DNA of 64,000 nt from Octopus sinensis (taxonomy: Eukaryota), in the NCBI RefSeq assembly GCF_006345805.1, contig NC_043006.1:63302001-63366000 (forward strand), in the 5' to 3' direction. Position numbers and translations under genes: made by a program. Of the stretch, positions 36,928-50,724 are shown in pieces. Each line of letters begins with the position of its first letter. Position 1 is the stretch's first letter. The notes beneath the pieces are model-generated. The model was given only the letters and a program-made list of their open reading frames with translations. It ran no database searches and was not told the DNA's origin.

Positions 36928-36969
36928 GAGAAACTCAGATTTTGTTGAATTTTCTGCTGCTTTAAATAA

Positions 36970-37034
<65 letters not shown>

Positions 37035-37035
<1 letters not shown>

Positions 37036-37240
37036 TTTTATTTGTTTCAGTTATTTGACTGCGGTCATGCTGGAGCACCGCCTTTCAGTCGAGCAAATCA
37101 ACCCCAGAACTTATTTTTTGTAACTCTAGTACTTATTTTATCGGTCTCTTTTGTCGAACAGCTAAGTTACGGGGGACCAACATCGGTTGTCAAGCAATGT
37201 TGGGGGGAACAAACACAGACACACAAATACATACGTGCAT

Positions 37241-37303
<63 letters not shown>

Positions 37304-37460
37304 GGCGGGATACTTTCATTTTCCGTTTACCAAATCCACTCGCAAGTCTTTGGTCGGCCCGAGGCTACAGTAGAAGACACTTGCTCGAGGTGCCACGCAG
37401 CGGGACTGAACCTGGAACCATGTCGCTGGTAAGCAAGCTACTACCAAACACCCACTTCTG
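37035..37460 (-). mobile_element. SINE family A; partially duplicated at 38540-38780
   Basis: Full tail-to-head copy; the 38540 copy shares its private variants. Confidence 0.9.
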
Positions 37461-37469
37461 TATCTATCT

Positions 37470-37530
<61 letters not shown>

Positions 37531-37607
37531 TATATAATATACATACATACACATATATACATATATATATATATATATTACATACATACATATATATATA
37601 TATATAT

Positions 37608-37638
<31 letters not shown>

Positions 37639-37654
37639 ATATATATATATATAT

Positions 37655-38229
37655 ATATTATATGTAGAAAAATACAAACTGGGAAAAGAACGTAAAACAC
37701 TTACAAGACGATACAAAAAGACGGGACATTCGAAGCCTTCAATCTTCAGTCAAGAACGGGATCATCCTCGCAATTTCGGCTGATTAATCTTGAGATTGCT
37801 CCGATCCGACCAGCCCCAAGGAAAAACTAAGCTACGAGCATTAGATTTCTTGGAAAAAGGATCGAATGTATACGAAACAAGGACAGAAAAACGGACGATG
37901 CCACACGAATATAAATACAAAAAACAATAATAGTAATAACAGGACAAAAACAGCGGGTGTCTTACGACTATAGACGTGAGAGGAGAAAAGAGAGAGAAAA
38001 AATGGAGCCAAGGAATCAAAGAGCTAGAGAAAAAGAGGGACGAAGGCACAAAAGGGGGAGAAGAGAGAGAAAGAAGGAATTAAAGAGGGGAGAAGAAAGA
38101 TAGCGTGTCAAGGATTGGCTTGGAGACAGAATCAGTGAGGTGCAAAGTGAGAAAGACAGAGAAATATGAGAGAGTGGGGGAAGAGGAGACCAAAGAATCA
38201 GAGGCAAGAAAAGAGAAAAGGCGGAGGAG

Positions 38230-38268
<39 letters not shown>

Positions 38269-38539
38269 CAGATCAAAGTAGAGTGCAAAGTGTGAAAGGC
38301 AGAGAAATGTAGGAGAGAGAGACAGTGTTATAGAGTCGTACCAAATTTAAAGGAATATGTACTTACATACAAGGCCAAAGAGGGTACGGGCGTCGCTATA
38401 TATATTATATGTAGAAAAATACAAACTGGTACAAGAACGTAAAACATTTAGAAGACGATACAAAAAACACGGACGGGACATTCGAAGCCTTCAATCTTCA
38501 GTTAAGAACCGGATCATCCTCGCAATTTCGGCTGATTAA
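37655..38539 (-). mobile_element. Non-coding repeat with about 135-bp direct terminal repeats (pLTR-like)
   Basis: 37655-37787 is repeated at 38400-38539; the same sequence occurs inverted at about 51205-51375. Confidence 0.65.
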
Positions 38540-40411
38540 GTTACGGGGGGCCAACATCGGTTGTCAAGCAATGTTGGGGGGACAAACACAGACACACAAA
38601 TACATACATACATATATATATATATATATGTATGTATGTTTCCGTTTACAAAATCCTCTCACAAGTCTTTGGTCGGTCCGAGGCTACAGTAGAAGACACT
38701 TGCTCAAGGTGCCACGCAGTGGGACTGAAACTGGAACCATGTCGTTGGTAAGCAAGCTAATTACCACACACCCACTTCTGTATCTATATATATATATATA
38801 ATATATATATATATATATTATATATATAGGCGCAGGAGTGAGTGTGTAGTAGGAAGTTTCAAAGTCCTTTAATGATAGTTCATCACAATTTCAAATTTTA
38901 CTCGAGTAAATGCTAAGCTATCATCAATCTACTACTAACGTATCAATGTTGTTGTTATTGGAGCAGTGATAATGCCTTCTTGGCTTAGGGCATTGTAAGA
39001 AGTGTCGCTCTTTTCACATTAATATAGCTTTGTTGATTTTTTCTGAGTTGGATTAATTTGAAACATTTGGAAGAATAAATATATAAAATTTAAAAATAGA
39101 TATAAAAGGTGAGAGCTAAAAATCTATCAAAACTCCTATAAGTGTGGTGTTAGTGAGGTGATGGTTGTAGATATATTGTTATTTTGGCCTTGAACTGGCA
39201 GACCTGTTATCAAAGATATTTTAATGGTAACCATACTAACGTTGTTTCAAACTGTATCTAAGAAAGTTCGGAAGACGATAGGACACAGTTTGAAGATTAG
39301 GGTGCTGTTTCTTGAAAGTTGACACCCTCTGCCTTTAGTAGAAGTGTATGTATTTCAATATTCTTTGTGTTGAAACATATGAATGAACCCGCCACCAAAA
39401 CTATTTTTAATATTTGTGCCTAAACCGGTATTGTCCATGTTTTTGACACCGTGATGCAGGGGGCATTAAATGAAATATTACTGGTACTCTTCACATGGAA
39501 ATATTTTTTTTTAAATCTTTGAAGTGAAAAGAAAAACACAACTAGTACTTGATTTTATTAATCATATTTCTGTGTAAACAAATTTATGAATTGCATGATG
39601 AAGCGTTTGAGAACTAAGCGGTCAAAACAAAACACTCAGTGCAAGCCAAAAAAGTAGTGTCTTAAGACGATCTGAATTCGTTATTTTTTGTTTAATTTTG
39701 TTTAGTTATACTTAAAGTCGACCATTTGTAAAGAAAGTAAAAGACATTGATTGAGTGATGTTCATATCCTTCTCGACCTAAGTGACCTAAGCGAAGCGTG
39801 AATTGATACAGTAGAAAGTATTAATTACGTCTCAGTGATATTTATATCTTTTACTGCAAAGTGCTCAACTAAATAATCACATTACACTTATTCTTTGTGG
39901 CTTTTCATAGAAAAGGTTCAGTGGATTGCCGTGATTTCATAGAAACTATCATCGCGAGCGATAAACATTGGCATATGACAAGTTTATCTGTAAAACGTGT
40001 TAAGCATAAGAACTTCTTAATAAAACAACGAAATGGATACTATCGCAACAAAAGAAATAATCTTGAATGGAAACGTAATAAGTAAATTACCGAATATCGA
40101 ATGATGGATAAAGTTAGTGAATTAATCAAGATATTAATGAAGACAGCTATTTATTTTGATCGCCTCCAACGAGATAGCGTGACTAATAAGACATGTTCTC
40201 GCTTTATATCATAATTTGTAAACAACAGCCTCATTGTTTAAATTCGTCCAACAGGCAAATCTCTGTTTCACTACATTTCTGATGACGATCCTGACAAGGA
40301 CTACTAGTAAATCGGTGGAGCAACGGATTTTCACCCATTCAGTGTTGTACGATGAACTATATAAACGTATTCACGTATATATGTTTGTATGTGTGTGTAA
40401 ATAAATATATA

Positions 40412-40447
<36 letters not shown>

Positions 40448-40646
40448 TGTATGTATGTATGTATGTATGTATGTATGTATGTATGTATGTATGTATGTAT
40501 GTATGTGTGCGTGTGTGTGCGTATGTGTGTATAGAATAGGAAGGGTTTAAGCCTCACCATTAATATAATCAAAATAGTTTAAATGAGCTGATAAGATTCT
40601 CCTACCTTGGTTTTGGTTTCCTCCGCCTTTAATTCATGTGTATATA

Positions 40647-40731
<85 letters not shown>

Positions 40732-40732
40732 A

Positions 40733-40781
<49 letters not shown>

Positions 40782-40783
40782 AC

Positions 40784-40819
<36 letters not shown>

Positions 40820-40899
40820 GTTTACATACATATATACATATATGTACACATGCATACATTATACACATATATATACACTTACATACATAATATATATAT

Positions 40900-40946
<47 letters not shown>

Positions 40947-41026
40947 AGAGAGAGAGTGAGTGAGAGATAGAAAGAAAGAGAAATGCAGATAAATATATAC
41001 ATACATATACACATATGGATATAAAT

Positions 41027-41090
<64 letters not shown>

Positions 41091-41884
41091 GGGGGAGAGA
41101 AACAAAAACTGAAAATATCCAGATGATCTTTCATACATAAGCATTTAAATTTACAAAAAATTGAACTACCACCAGAAATGTTTACATTTTATGTGTATAT
41201 GACTTTAAGTGATATCTGGTATAAAAAAGATAGTATGTTTGTTTAATTACATGGCTACATTCTACCTGCTCGTGAAAGTAATGAATGAAGTTTAGTTGTA
41301 ACTTATGAATGACAAAAGTAGTGCCGTCATCGTGACCTAGGGTCATCACCATGGATTGACCAATCAGAAGCAGCGCTCGCAATATCTGACATATGTTAGA
41401 TACCAAAAATATCTCAAAGTGTTCTCACTCACATGTGTGTAATAATATATATTTACCAAATAAATTTTCATAGAGCACAGAAAATACAGAAACACTAAGT
41501 GGAGAATGAGTAGTATTTTAAGTCCGAACGCTGTTTCTGGGAGTTCTGAATTACGTAATAGTAATTTTCATAATTAGCAGATGGAATGGGGAAACACCGT
41601 AATACTGACTTACTTCGACAAAAATGAAAATTGGCAAATAGCAGTTTACATCTTGATGCGGGAAAATTTAAATTTATATACGTGTATAAGTTTGTCTGTA
41701 TATGTTATACGTAAAGCCTAATCGGGTTTATCATTACTATCTCCATAACAGCTCACTTGGCTTTCTGTTATAGCCACTCTTTACTCCGCGGACTTTGTCC
41801 TCGCTAAAGACTTAGGAGTGTATGCTCAAATCATTTGAGCACCACTACGTGTCTTCTATGCTGAGCATCATTGAATCTCACCTG

Positions 41885-41942
<58 letters not shown>

Positions 41943-41994
41943 ATACATACATATGTATACATACATACATATATATATATATATGCATATATAA

Positions 41995-42166
41995 AAGCGC
42001 AAGAGGGAAGGCGGTTGTGTGGTAAGAAGCTTGCTTACCAACCACATGGATCTGGGTTCAGTCCCACTGCGTGGCAACTTGGGCAAGTGTCTTGTTCTAT
42101 AGCCTCGGGCCGACCAGATCTTTGTGAGGAGATTTGGTAGAAGGAAACTGAAAGAAGACTGTCGTA

Positions 42167-42212
<46 letters not shown>

Positions 42213-42216
42213 ATAT

Positions 42217-42248
<32 letters not shown>

Positions 42249-42465
42249 AGTATGTATGTATTGTATGTCCTTTTGTCACCCAACCATCGCTTAACAACCG
42301 ATGTTGGTGTGTTTACGTCCCCGAAATTTAGCGGTTCGGCAAAAGAGCCTGACATAATAAGTACTAGGCTTACAAAGAATAAATCCTGGAGTCGATTTGT
42401 TCGACTAAAAGGCGGATCTCCAACATGGCCGTAGTCTAATGACTAAAACAAGTAAAAGAATAAAA
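41995..42465 (+). mobile_element. SINE family A, full length
   Basis: GGTTGTGTGGTAAG head, GGGTTCAGTCCC B box, CAACTTGGGCAAGTG, internal (TA)n, AAGTAAAAGAATAAAA tail. Confidence 0.92.
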
Positions 42466-43585
42466 AATATATATGTATGTATGTGTATGTATGTGTGTAT
42501 GTATGTACACGTAGTCCGGCGTACTTCTGTGCACATTCCTCTCTACTGAATTCCAGCGACACAGTAACAATGTTATGATAGAGTAATGGGATTGATCCCA
42601 GGACTACATAATTACAAAGTAAACATGTTAACAATAGGGCCATTCCTACGTTTTGAAGCTGTCATATTAACAGAAAAGAATTATCTGAGGTCGGAATGAA
42701 TGCAAATATATGCAATGTAGCTGTTGTAGTCTACGCCCATTACTGTGTATGTGCGCGTGTGTGCGTGAGTGTGTATGTGTGTGTCTAAGATATCGAAACA
42801 TTAATTAAAACCTCATTTATAATTTGCTATTTTCTCACCGGCGACAAATTAGGAAAAAAAAATAGTGTTACAAAGATCCAATATGGTGGCGTTAATAAGA
42901 GTGTATTTGATGTTAAGTAGGGGAAAAATCAAAATTGGACTTGGTGCTAATGAATGAAAACGAAGTGGCTGATTGGATTACCTTTAGAAAATAACTCAAT
43001 ATAATTATTAAGGAAATGCTATTAATGATGTTTTTTTATGTTATTGTTGTCGTCGTTGTTGTTGTTGTTATTGTTACTGTTGTTGTTGCTCCCGTTATTG
43101 TCGTTTATCTCTGCGTTGACCCTAATCGAACGGACTTATTATCAAAAGCATTCTGGCTATAAATCATGGAAATATTTTAGAAATATGATGCATGTGTTTC
43201 GTTTTTCTCCAAGACGAATAACGATATATTTAATGATGGAAAACATCGCGAAAAAAAAATAGTATAAAAATTTTAATGCTGCTAGAGCGACTCTGAATCC
43301 AGAAGGTACGTAGTCAATGCTATCGGATTACAGGGGATCGTAGCATGGTGATCCTATGCTTAATCGTTTAGTTGGTTTATTATCCCGTTAAATTTATATA
43401 TATACATGCACACACACAAAGTTGGCAGATATATGCCAATATTCACAAGGAAAATTTCACATGGACTGGTCGCTGGTCACACACCTATGACAGCATGCAC
43501 GTATCACCTATGAATATGGGTGTAACGTAATCTGAGCCTCCTGGAACAGCTGTAGAGATAAGACATCAAATAATGTTTTATTATA

Positions 43586-44319
43586 CGGGGTGCGGTGAAT
43601 ATATTGTCGTCTAAAGTACGCAAAATCGGAAATAACACTGACATCTCATTTTAACAGATATATTTACCAAAACCATATTAAAATTTCTTGAAATACTAAT
43701 GAGTAAATTTATTCAATAAAATCGCATTGGCTTCAATCACGGCCTCCAGACTTCGGAATCTTATGCAACTTTTCTGGACGCTCTCCTTGTTTAAGTTGGT
43801 GAATGCTGCCATAATCCTTGCCTTCAGTTCATCTTTGGTGTTACAAGGAGTTTTGTTAGAGTGTCACTCAACTCCACCCCACACATAATAATCAAGGTAG
43901 TTGCGTCTGGGGAGTTAGGTGGCCAACTGTTAGGGGTGATGTGGTCGCAGAAATTGTCTGACAGCCATGACTGGGTTTTCCTGCTTGTGTGGCATGGTGC
44001 AGAGTCCATTTGCCAGACATAGGGTTTTCCAGCTACCACCCTCTTGACCCAGGGCAGCACTAGCTCCTCCAGGCACTTGATGTAGGTCTCCGTATTGAGT
44101 GTGAGGCCGTGTGGGAAGATGAACGGAGGCATAACGTCGTCATCACTAGTGATCACTCCAAACACCATGATATTGACTGGATGTTTGATTTTTATCACTC
44201 TCGGTACATGTCCTCAGATTGACACCCAAACACTCTGAAATGCTCATATGGGAGCTTTCGGCGCGAATGCCGAGCAGTACAGCGAAATTAAAAATATAAG
44301 ATTTACTCATCACGCCCTG
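43586..44319 (-). mobile_element. DD37D (maT-like) Tc1/mariner element, internally deleted
   Basis: TA-flanked TIRs CGGGGTGCGGTGAATA / reverse complement CAGGGCGTGATGAGTA. WQMDSAPCH...WPPNSPD(xxxL)DYYVW gives about 37 residues between the Asp residues after correcting a frameshift. Confidence 0.8.
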
Positions 44320-45849
44320 TATATATTCTTTTCTTCATTTTATAGTCTGTATTTTGTGTTCTATGTAATATAGATCTTACATCTGTTTCTATCTGCCTTA
44401 CTCCTTCTCTCTCTTCCTTTCTCTCTTTCTCGTTTTCTATCTTTGTGTGTGTGTGTGCGCGCGCACGCGTTTATGTAAACACATGTGAGGATGTCAGCGT
44501 CTGATTACATTATTTGGTGCATTTGTGCGTATGTCTGAGAGTGCATGTTTGTATATAACTACACACACACACACATACATATATATATATACATACATAT
44601 ATATATATATATTATATATATATATTATATATATATATATATTATATATATATATATATATATAATGTGTTTGTGAATAGTAATGCACGTTGAAAACTAC
44701 ATTAATTTTTGTTCTGTGTATCATTTATTTACAATCTCTAAGTCTGCATATAAATTATCGTTCCAATTTGATACCTGTCTGCGTAGTTACAGCGAACGAC
44801 GATGAAATTTAAACAATAAATTATTTTTAGTCAAGAAATTCAGTAGTGGCTTAACATTGAATTAATCATCACCTACCCAAATCCGTTTTTCAATCATTTA
44901 TTCTTGTTTAATATTCAGCCCCATTAAACAACAATAAATATTATTTTTCAGTGCAGTTTTCTATTGGTCTTTAGTTCTGTTAATCCTCCTACAGGAAACT
45001 CACCATACCTCACTCTGAGAGAGAATTACGCTTATAACAAGTAAAGTAATCGCAGTCCAGAGAAGCCGGCCAATGGCCAAACTTCGAAGTCTCGTTCAAA
45101 TTTCCATTCTGGATATATGAGTATATCTGTCAACAGTGTATATAGGTAGACAGACAGACAGACAAAGAAAGAGAGAGGGAAAGGAAGAGAGAAGTAATAT
45201 GGTAGAAAAATACATTTAGGTCTGGGAGATATATTTATAGGGATCATAAAATGCAGGCTATAATATGTGTGTGTGTGTGTGTTATGTATGTAATATCTCG
45301 TCAGTTGTTTCAAGAGGCCCGACTTACTATATTCATAGGTGATATGTACATGCTGCCATAGGCCTACAACCATATGAAATAGTTAAGCAAGTCTGACTTT
45401 CCTTTTCGAGAGTGGAGTGGAAAATACTTTTGATAGAGTTTATATAAACAGAGAGAATAAAGGTTGGAGGAAAAGGGCGGAAAATGTGAGAGAAGCATGA
45501 TAGTTAAGAGGCAAGACAAAATGGAGAGCAGTGAGACAGATGCCAGACATAAAGCTCATAATTTTTTTTCTCTTATATAATTTATTTTGTGTTCCATGTA
45601 AATTGCCTTGCTACCAAAATAACAGTTTGATTTGGATTGCTCTCTGAGCCACTTTTGATGCCGTGTTCCCGGTCCTGGATGAGGTTGGAATTTAAGTTTG
45701 CATTCATATATATCATACGGTTTCTCAACTTCGGTTCTCAGGAATCCGTAATATAAAATATCTGCGCCTCTAGGAATAGACTAAATTATGGTTTTTATTT
45801 TTTTAAATCTCTCATTTAATAATTTAGTGTCTTTAAGAACAGAAAGCAA

Positions 45850-47715
45850 GAATCCAGACCATTAAAATATGTCCCATCGGGGAAAATGTATCTACTTATA
45901 TAGAAAATCTAACAATTTGCGGACAAAAATACGATTCAAATTTTCCCAAATACTAAAACATATTTCAATCTGATTGATAGTATTATCCGACGAAGTATAT
46001 ATTGTTGATGGTGCTCATACTTTAACTTGATTGTAAGTTTGTAAGAAAGGACTCTGACGCAAAATGGTTCTCTGCTTTAATGGAAGTTGGCGGAATAGTA
46101 CTGAGAACAAAGAAGTTTGCCCAAGTTAACACTCCCGTGTCTAGTAATTTGAAACATGTTTATCTCTTTGACAACCTTTATTTGTACCAGAAAATGATTG
46201 GCTTGGTTGTATGCAATAGATTTGTTAATGGCAACATTTCATCTTTGTATTAGGGAAGTTTCTTTTGATGAAATGGATGCTACAATTATCAGGGACGGAA
46301 TAAAGAAGACTCTACTCACAAGCGATGAACATCTTTCATGCAGTTTCTTTGCAGTGTTGTGCAGTAAAGTTTTTAATGATAAAATTAGAAATGATTCAAG
46401 TGAACCCAAGAATTAAAAGAGACTCTTTTAAATATGTCATCAATCCAATCGGATCTTTATTCCTTTCGTATTCGAACTTCTCTTGACACATTCTCTCAGC
46501 AAGAATAGCATCATTAATAGCATCAAATTCATTGCCTAAATGTCGAGAGGTCGGTTCTTAACGATAACTTTTACAACGCAGTTTTAACGAACAGGAACAG
46601 TTCTAACATTGCAACTAGACTATTCTAACTTTTCTTTGAATCATTGGATAATTACAATTCCTGACCAAACTCCTCTTCAACAGATTTCCGAAGTATTTCC
46701 TTATTTTTTTTTATCGGAAATCAAATGAAGAGACTATTGTTCTCGCATTTTAATGATATATTCAGTGGGTGGCGCGGTGCTTCTACACGTAAACTAAATT
46801 CAATTTGTAATAGGTTAGCATAATTATTAATCACATTTGTTACTACAGAATCTGTATTTTAATCCTCATTCTCGGATGTACCTTCAAGTCCCTTGTCGTT
46901 GAAAGAATCAATAGTTGAACTAATTCTAATACAATTTGATTCAGCTTTTTTTCTTGTAAAGAACATCACAAAAGCCAACTGATGTCTGTATGAGTAAATC
47001 GACTGATGCTCGCAGTCAGTCTCCTTACCGAATTTAACCTTGTCACTGGTTCTATCAGTTGTGGCTGCAACTACTTTTTTTCAAGACAAGTTTGAATACA
47101 GGAATTTAGTTTCTTAAAGTTCAGTCATGTTTCCTCCAAGTAAACTTTCATAAATTTTGGTTATTCTTAAATTCCACAATTTGCCGGATGAGTGTACATT
47201 TGTATTATTTAAATTAATGCGATTACGCAAAAATATTTTTTCATCCAAAGAAATATTGAATTTTTTCAGATCCTCGTTTTTATACTTCATATTTTAATCA
47301 CAAAATTTAATTTCAATATTTTTTAAATTATATTAGCGTTGAATTAGCTGCATTAAATGAAAACCATGTTTTGATAAAATTAAACCTTTGTCTGTAATAG
47401 CTTTTGTGATAAAAGCACTTTTATCTGTTACATTTATGGAAATCCATCAATAGCAACTAATTTGGATATTATTTCCACTCTGATTTTCTATAGAAACGGT
47501 TATATCCTGTTAGTCTATGTTTTTAAGCATGTTCATCTATTTCAATTGTACTAGTTTCTGAAAAAAATGTCTCTGTGTACGATACTTAAATGGCATAAAA
47601 GGCTGTTTCTTGAACCACTTAAGACAGTCAAAAGTTATAATTAGTTTTTACATAATAAGGTCAAAAATTCTCGGGAAATAAAATGCTATCTCAAAAGTTC
47701 CTGAATTCTTTTTTA
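45850..47715 (-). mobile_element. Decayed hAT-superfamily transposase
   Basis: Minus strand VVAATTDRTSDKVKFGK..CEHQ..HQLAFCDVLYK and KEILRKSVEEEFGQEL..*NSLVAMLE resemble hAT TDGA / C.AH / RWNS motifs; ends not defined. Confidence 0.6.
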
Positions 47716-47720
47716 ACCAA

Positions 47721-47815
47721 TACATACATACATACATACACACACACATACGTACATGCATACATACATACACACACACACATAGATGCATGCATGCATA
47801 CATACATACATACAT

Positions 47816-47846
<31 letters not shown>

Positions 47847-47926
47847 TGCATGCATGCATGCATACATACATACATACATACATGCATACATATATACATA
47901 CATACATACATGCATGCATGCATACA

Positions 47927-47958
<32 letters not shown>

Positions 47959-47964
47959 CATACA

Positions 47965-47996
<32 letters not shown>

Positions 47997-48065
47997 CATA
48001 CATACATACATCATACATATACATACATATATACATACATACATATACATACATACATACATACA

Positions 48066-48097
<32 letters not shown>

Positions 48098-48261
48098 CAT
48101 ACATACATACATACATGCATACATACATACAACATATATACATACATACATACATACATATATACATACATAATACATACATACATACATACATACATAC
48201 ATACATGCATACATATATACATACATACATACATACATACATACATGCATACATACATACA

Positions 48262-48295
<34 letters not shown>

Positions 48296-48297
48296 CA

Positions 48298-48331
<34 letters not shown>

Positions 48332-48485
48332 CATACATACATACATACATATATACATACATACATACATACATGCATACATACATACATACATGCATAC
48401 ATACATACATACATACATACATACATGCATGCATACATACATACATAAATACATACATACATACATACATGCATACATACATACA

Positions 48486-48519
<34 letters not shown>

Positions 48520-48564
48520 CATACATACATACATACATACATACATACATACATACATACATAC
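47721..48564. repeat. Long compound (CATA)n array
   Basis: About 845 bp of CATA with CATG, TATA and CAGA variants. Confidence 0.97.
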
Positions 48565-49370
48565 AGTCAAATACCTGATGCACATGCAGGAAAAGTCGTA
48601 AAATGTTACAACCGATACAAACTCTGTGGAGTTCATGCTGAAGATTACCACCCACATCATAAGCAGTTGTCAGAAAATGCCATCAGTGTGTTATCTACCG
48701 ATGAACCATGACGTTGTAGCTAGGACACTATAATGAAATCCATCGGAAGGATAATCCCGAGGACATGCAAGAAGCCATAGCTACTCATAATGAAAAGGAA
48801 TACTGGTGGAGTGTATCAGTGAAGACCTCAATAAACCTGTGGAAATTAGCTGCCTAGCGGATGTTAGCATAAAGTTGAAAATCGATGAAAAAAGGAACAC
48901 ATATGCTGAACTATTGAGAAGTCTGCAGTTACTCTATCCAGTTTACAAGTTCAGGTTTACACCTATAATTATTGGGGCCCTGGGATATGTAACACACTGC
49001 TTAAATACCAATCATGAGAAATTAGGCTTCTCAAAACCAGAAAGGAGAAAGTTAATTCGAAGACTACGGATCCAATCCATCGCTGGAACTGTAAATATCT
49101 GTAAAACTTTCCAGAAGTTTATTATTTAAATATATATGAGCATGTCTAGATATGCAACTATATGCATAAGAATACATACATAAAACAAACAAATCTGCAC
49201 ATACATACATACATACATACATACATACATACATACATACATACATACAAACGAACAAGCAAAAATATCCTGTTGTTGATGTTGAAATTCCAATGAAGGA
49301 GCCTTGGATGTAGGTTAGAAGCCAGTTCTTTCACTATTGGCAAGATATCTTGAAATAAACTGAATAATGA
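48565..49370 (+). mobile_element. RLE-type non-LTR retrotransposon, 5'-truncated, with 3' UTR
   Basis: KLCGVHAED.., VEISCLADV..K..EKRNTYAELLRSLQLLYPVYKFRFTPIIIGALGYV; ends AATAAACTGAATAATGA|CATACATA. Confidence 0.85.
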
Positions 49371-50018
49371 CATACATAGACTTCCGTTCAGTTTCCATCT
49401 AGCAAAATTCGCACACCTGGATTCGTCGAGCAAAAGGAAGAAAATAGTTTCCCAAGAGGCCGTGCAGTGGAATCAAATCCAAAAGCTCGTGTTTGCGAAG
49501 CAGACTTTATAACTTCACAGTCTTATTTCTTATGTATGTAAATGTTTCACGTCAATATAAAAGTGGATAGGAAGCGATGTTTATTAAAACAATAAGCTGT
49601 CAATCCTTCTTAACTTACTCATGTATGAATATCATTTGTATTTTAGTAAATCAGACTGACATACGTTATGTTCTATATATATCTTGCTAAAGTTATAACA
49701 GCTATGTACTTTACTGTCAATCCTAACACAGCAATACGTCACATCACCATAGCACACTCCACTTCCTGCTCTCACTCTCTCTCTCTCTCTCTCTCTCTCA
49801 CTCTTTCTCTTTCTCTCTCTCGCTTTCTCTCTCACTCTTTCTCTAGGTTTCCATAAAATCAACTTTATGTGCAGTTAGTCAATGCAGAGAATGTATGCAT
49901 TGTGTTGGAAATGGTTGAAATATGATATTTGCCAATATGCTGAACAAGTGTATGTAATAGCAACATGCTTCGCAATATTTACATTCAGCTTATAACAAAT
50001 TCTTTTATTTTAGTGCAC

Positions 50019-50052
<34 letters not shown>

Positions 50053-50231
50053 CACACACACACACACACACACACGCACGCACGCACACACTCACACACA
50101 CACGCATGCACATATATATTTACATATATATATTTATATTTGTATTTAAATATAGGTTACATCATATTTTTATTTGTATATTAAACATATATTCTTACAC
50201 GTACAAGAGAAATTATATACATATACATATA

Positions 50232-50640
50232 TAGAGTGGGTGTGTGGTAAGTATCTTGCTGACCAGCTACATGGATCCAGGTTCAATCCCACTGCGTGGT
50301 ACCTTGAGCAAGTGTCTTCTACTATAGTCTCAGGCCGACCAAAGCCTTGTGAGTGGATTTGATAGATGGAAACTGAAAGAAGACGGTGGTATATATATAT
50401 ATATATACGTGTGTGTGTGTGTGTGTGTGTGTGTCTATGTTTGTCACCCCAACATCACTTGACAACCGATTCTGGTGTGTTTACGTCCCCGTAACTTAGC
50501 GGTTCGACAAAAGACCAACTGAATAAGTACTAGGCTTACTAAGAATAAGTCCTGGGGGCGATTTGCTCGACTAAAGGCAATGCTCCAGCATTGCCGCAGT
50601 CAGATGACTGAAACAAGTAAAACAACAAAAGAATAAAAGA
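50232..50640 (+). mobile_element. SINE family A, full length
   Basis: Head, CORE-like block, internal (TA)(TG)n, tail. Confidence 0.92.
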
Positions 50641-50663
50641 ATACATATACATATGTATATATA

Positions 50664-50718
<55 letters not shown>

Positions 50719-50724
50719 TATATA

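Noticed and set aside
42500-42660. Possible minus-strand exon with a good acceptor (LQNVGMALLLTCLL...)
   Set aside because: No clear donor, no homology I recognise, no partner exons, and part of it resembles SINE sequence.
47648-48711. Long ORFs of 214-342 aa (YIHT / MYVC repeats) and similar ORFs at 15673-16347, 30382-31086, 37042-37716, 40607-41144, 59009-59587 and 61714-62001
   Set aside because: Translations of (CATA)n and (TA)n microsatellites, which lack stop codons in several frames; no protein signal.
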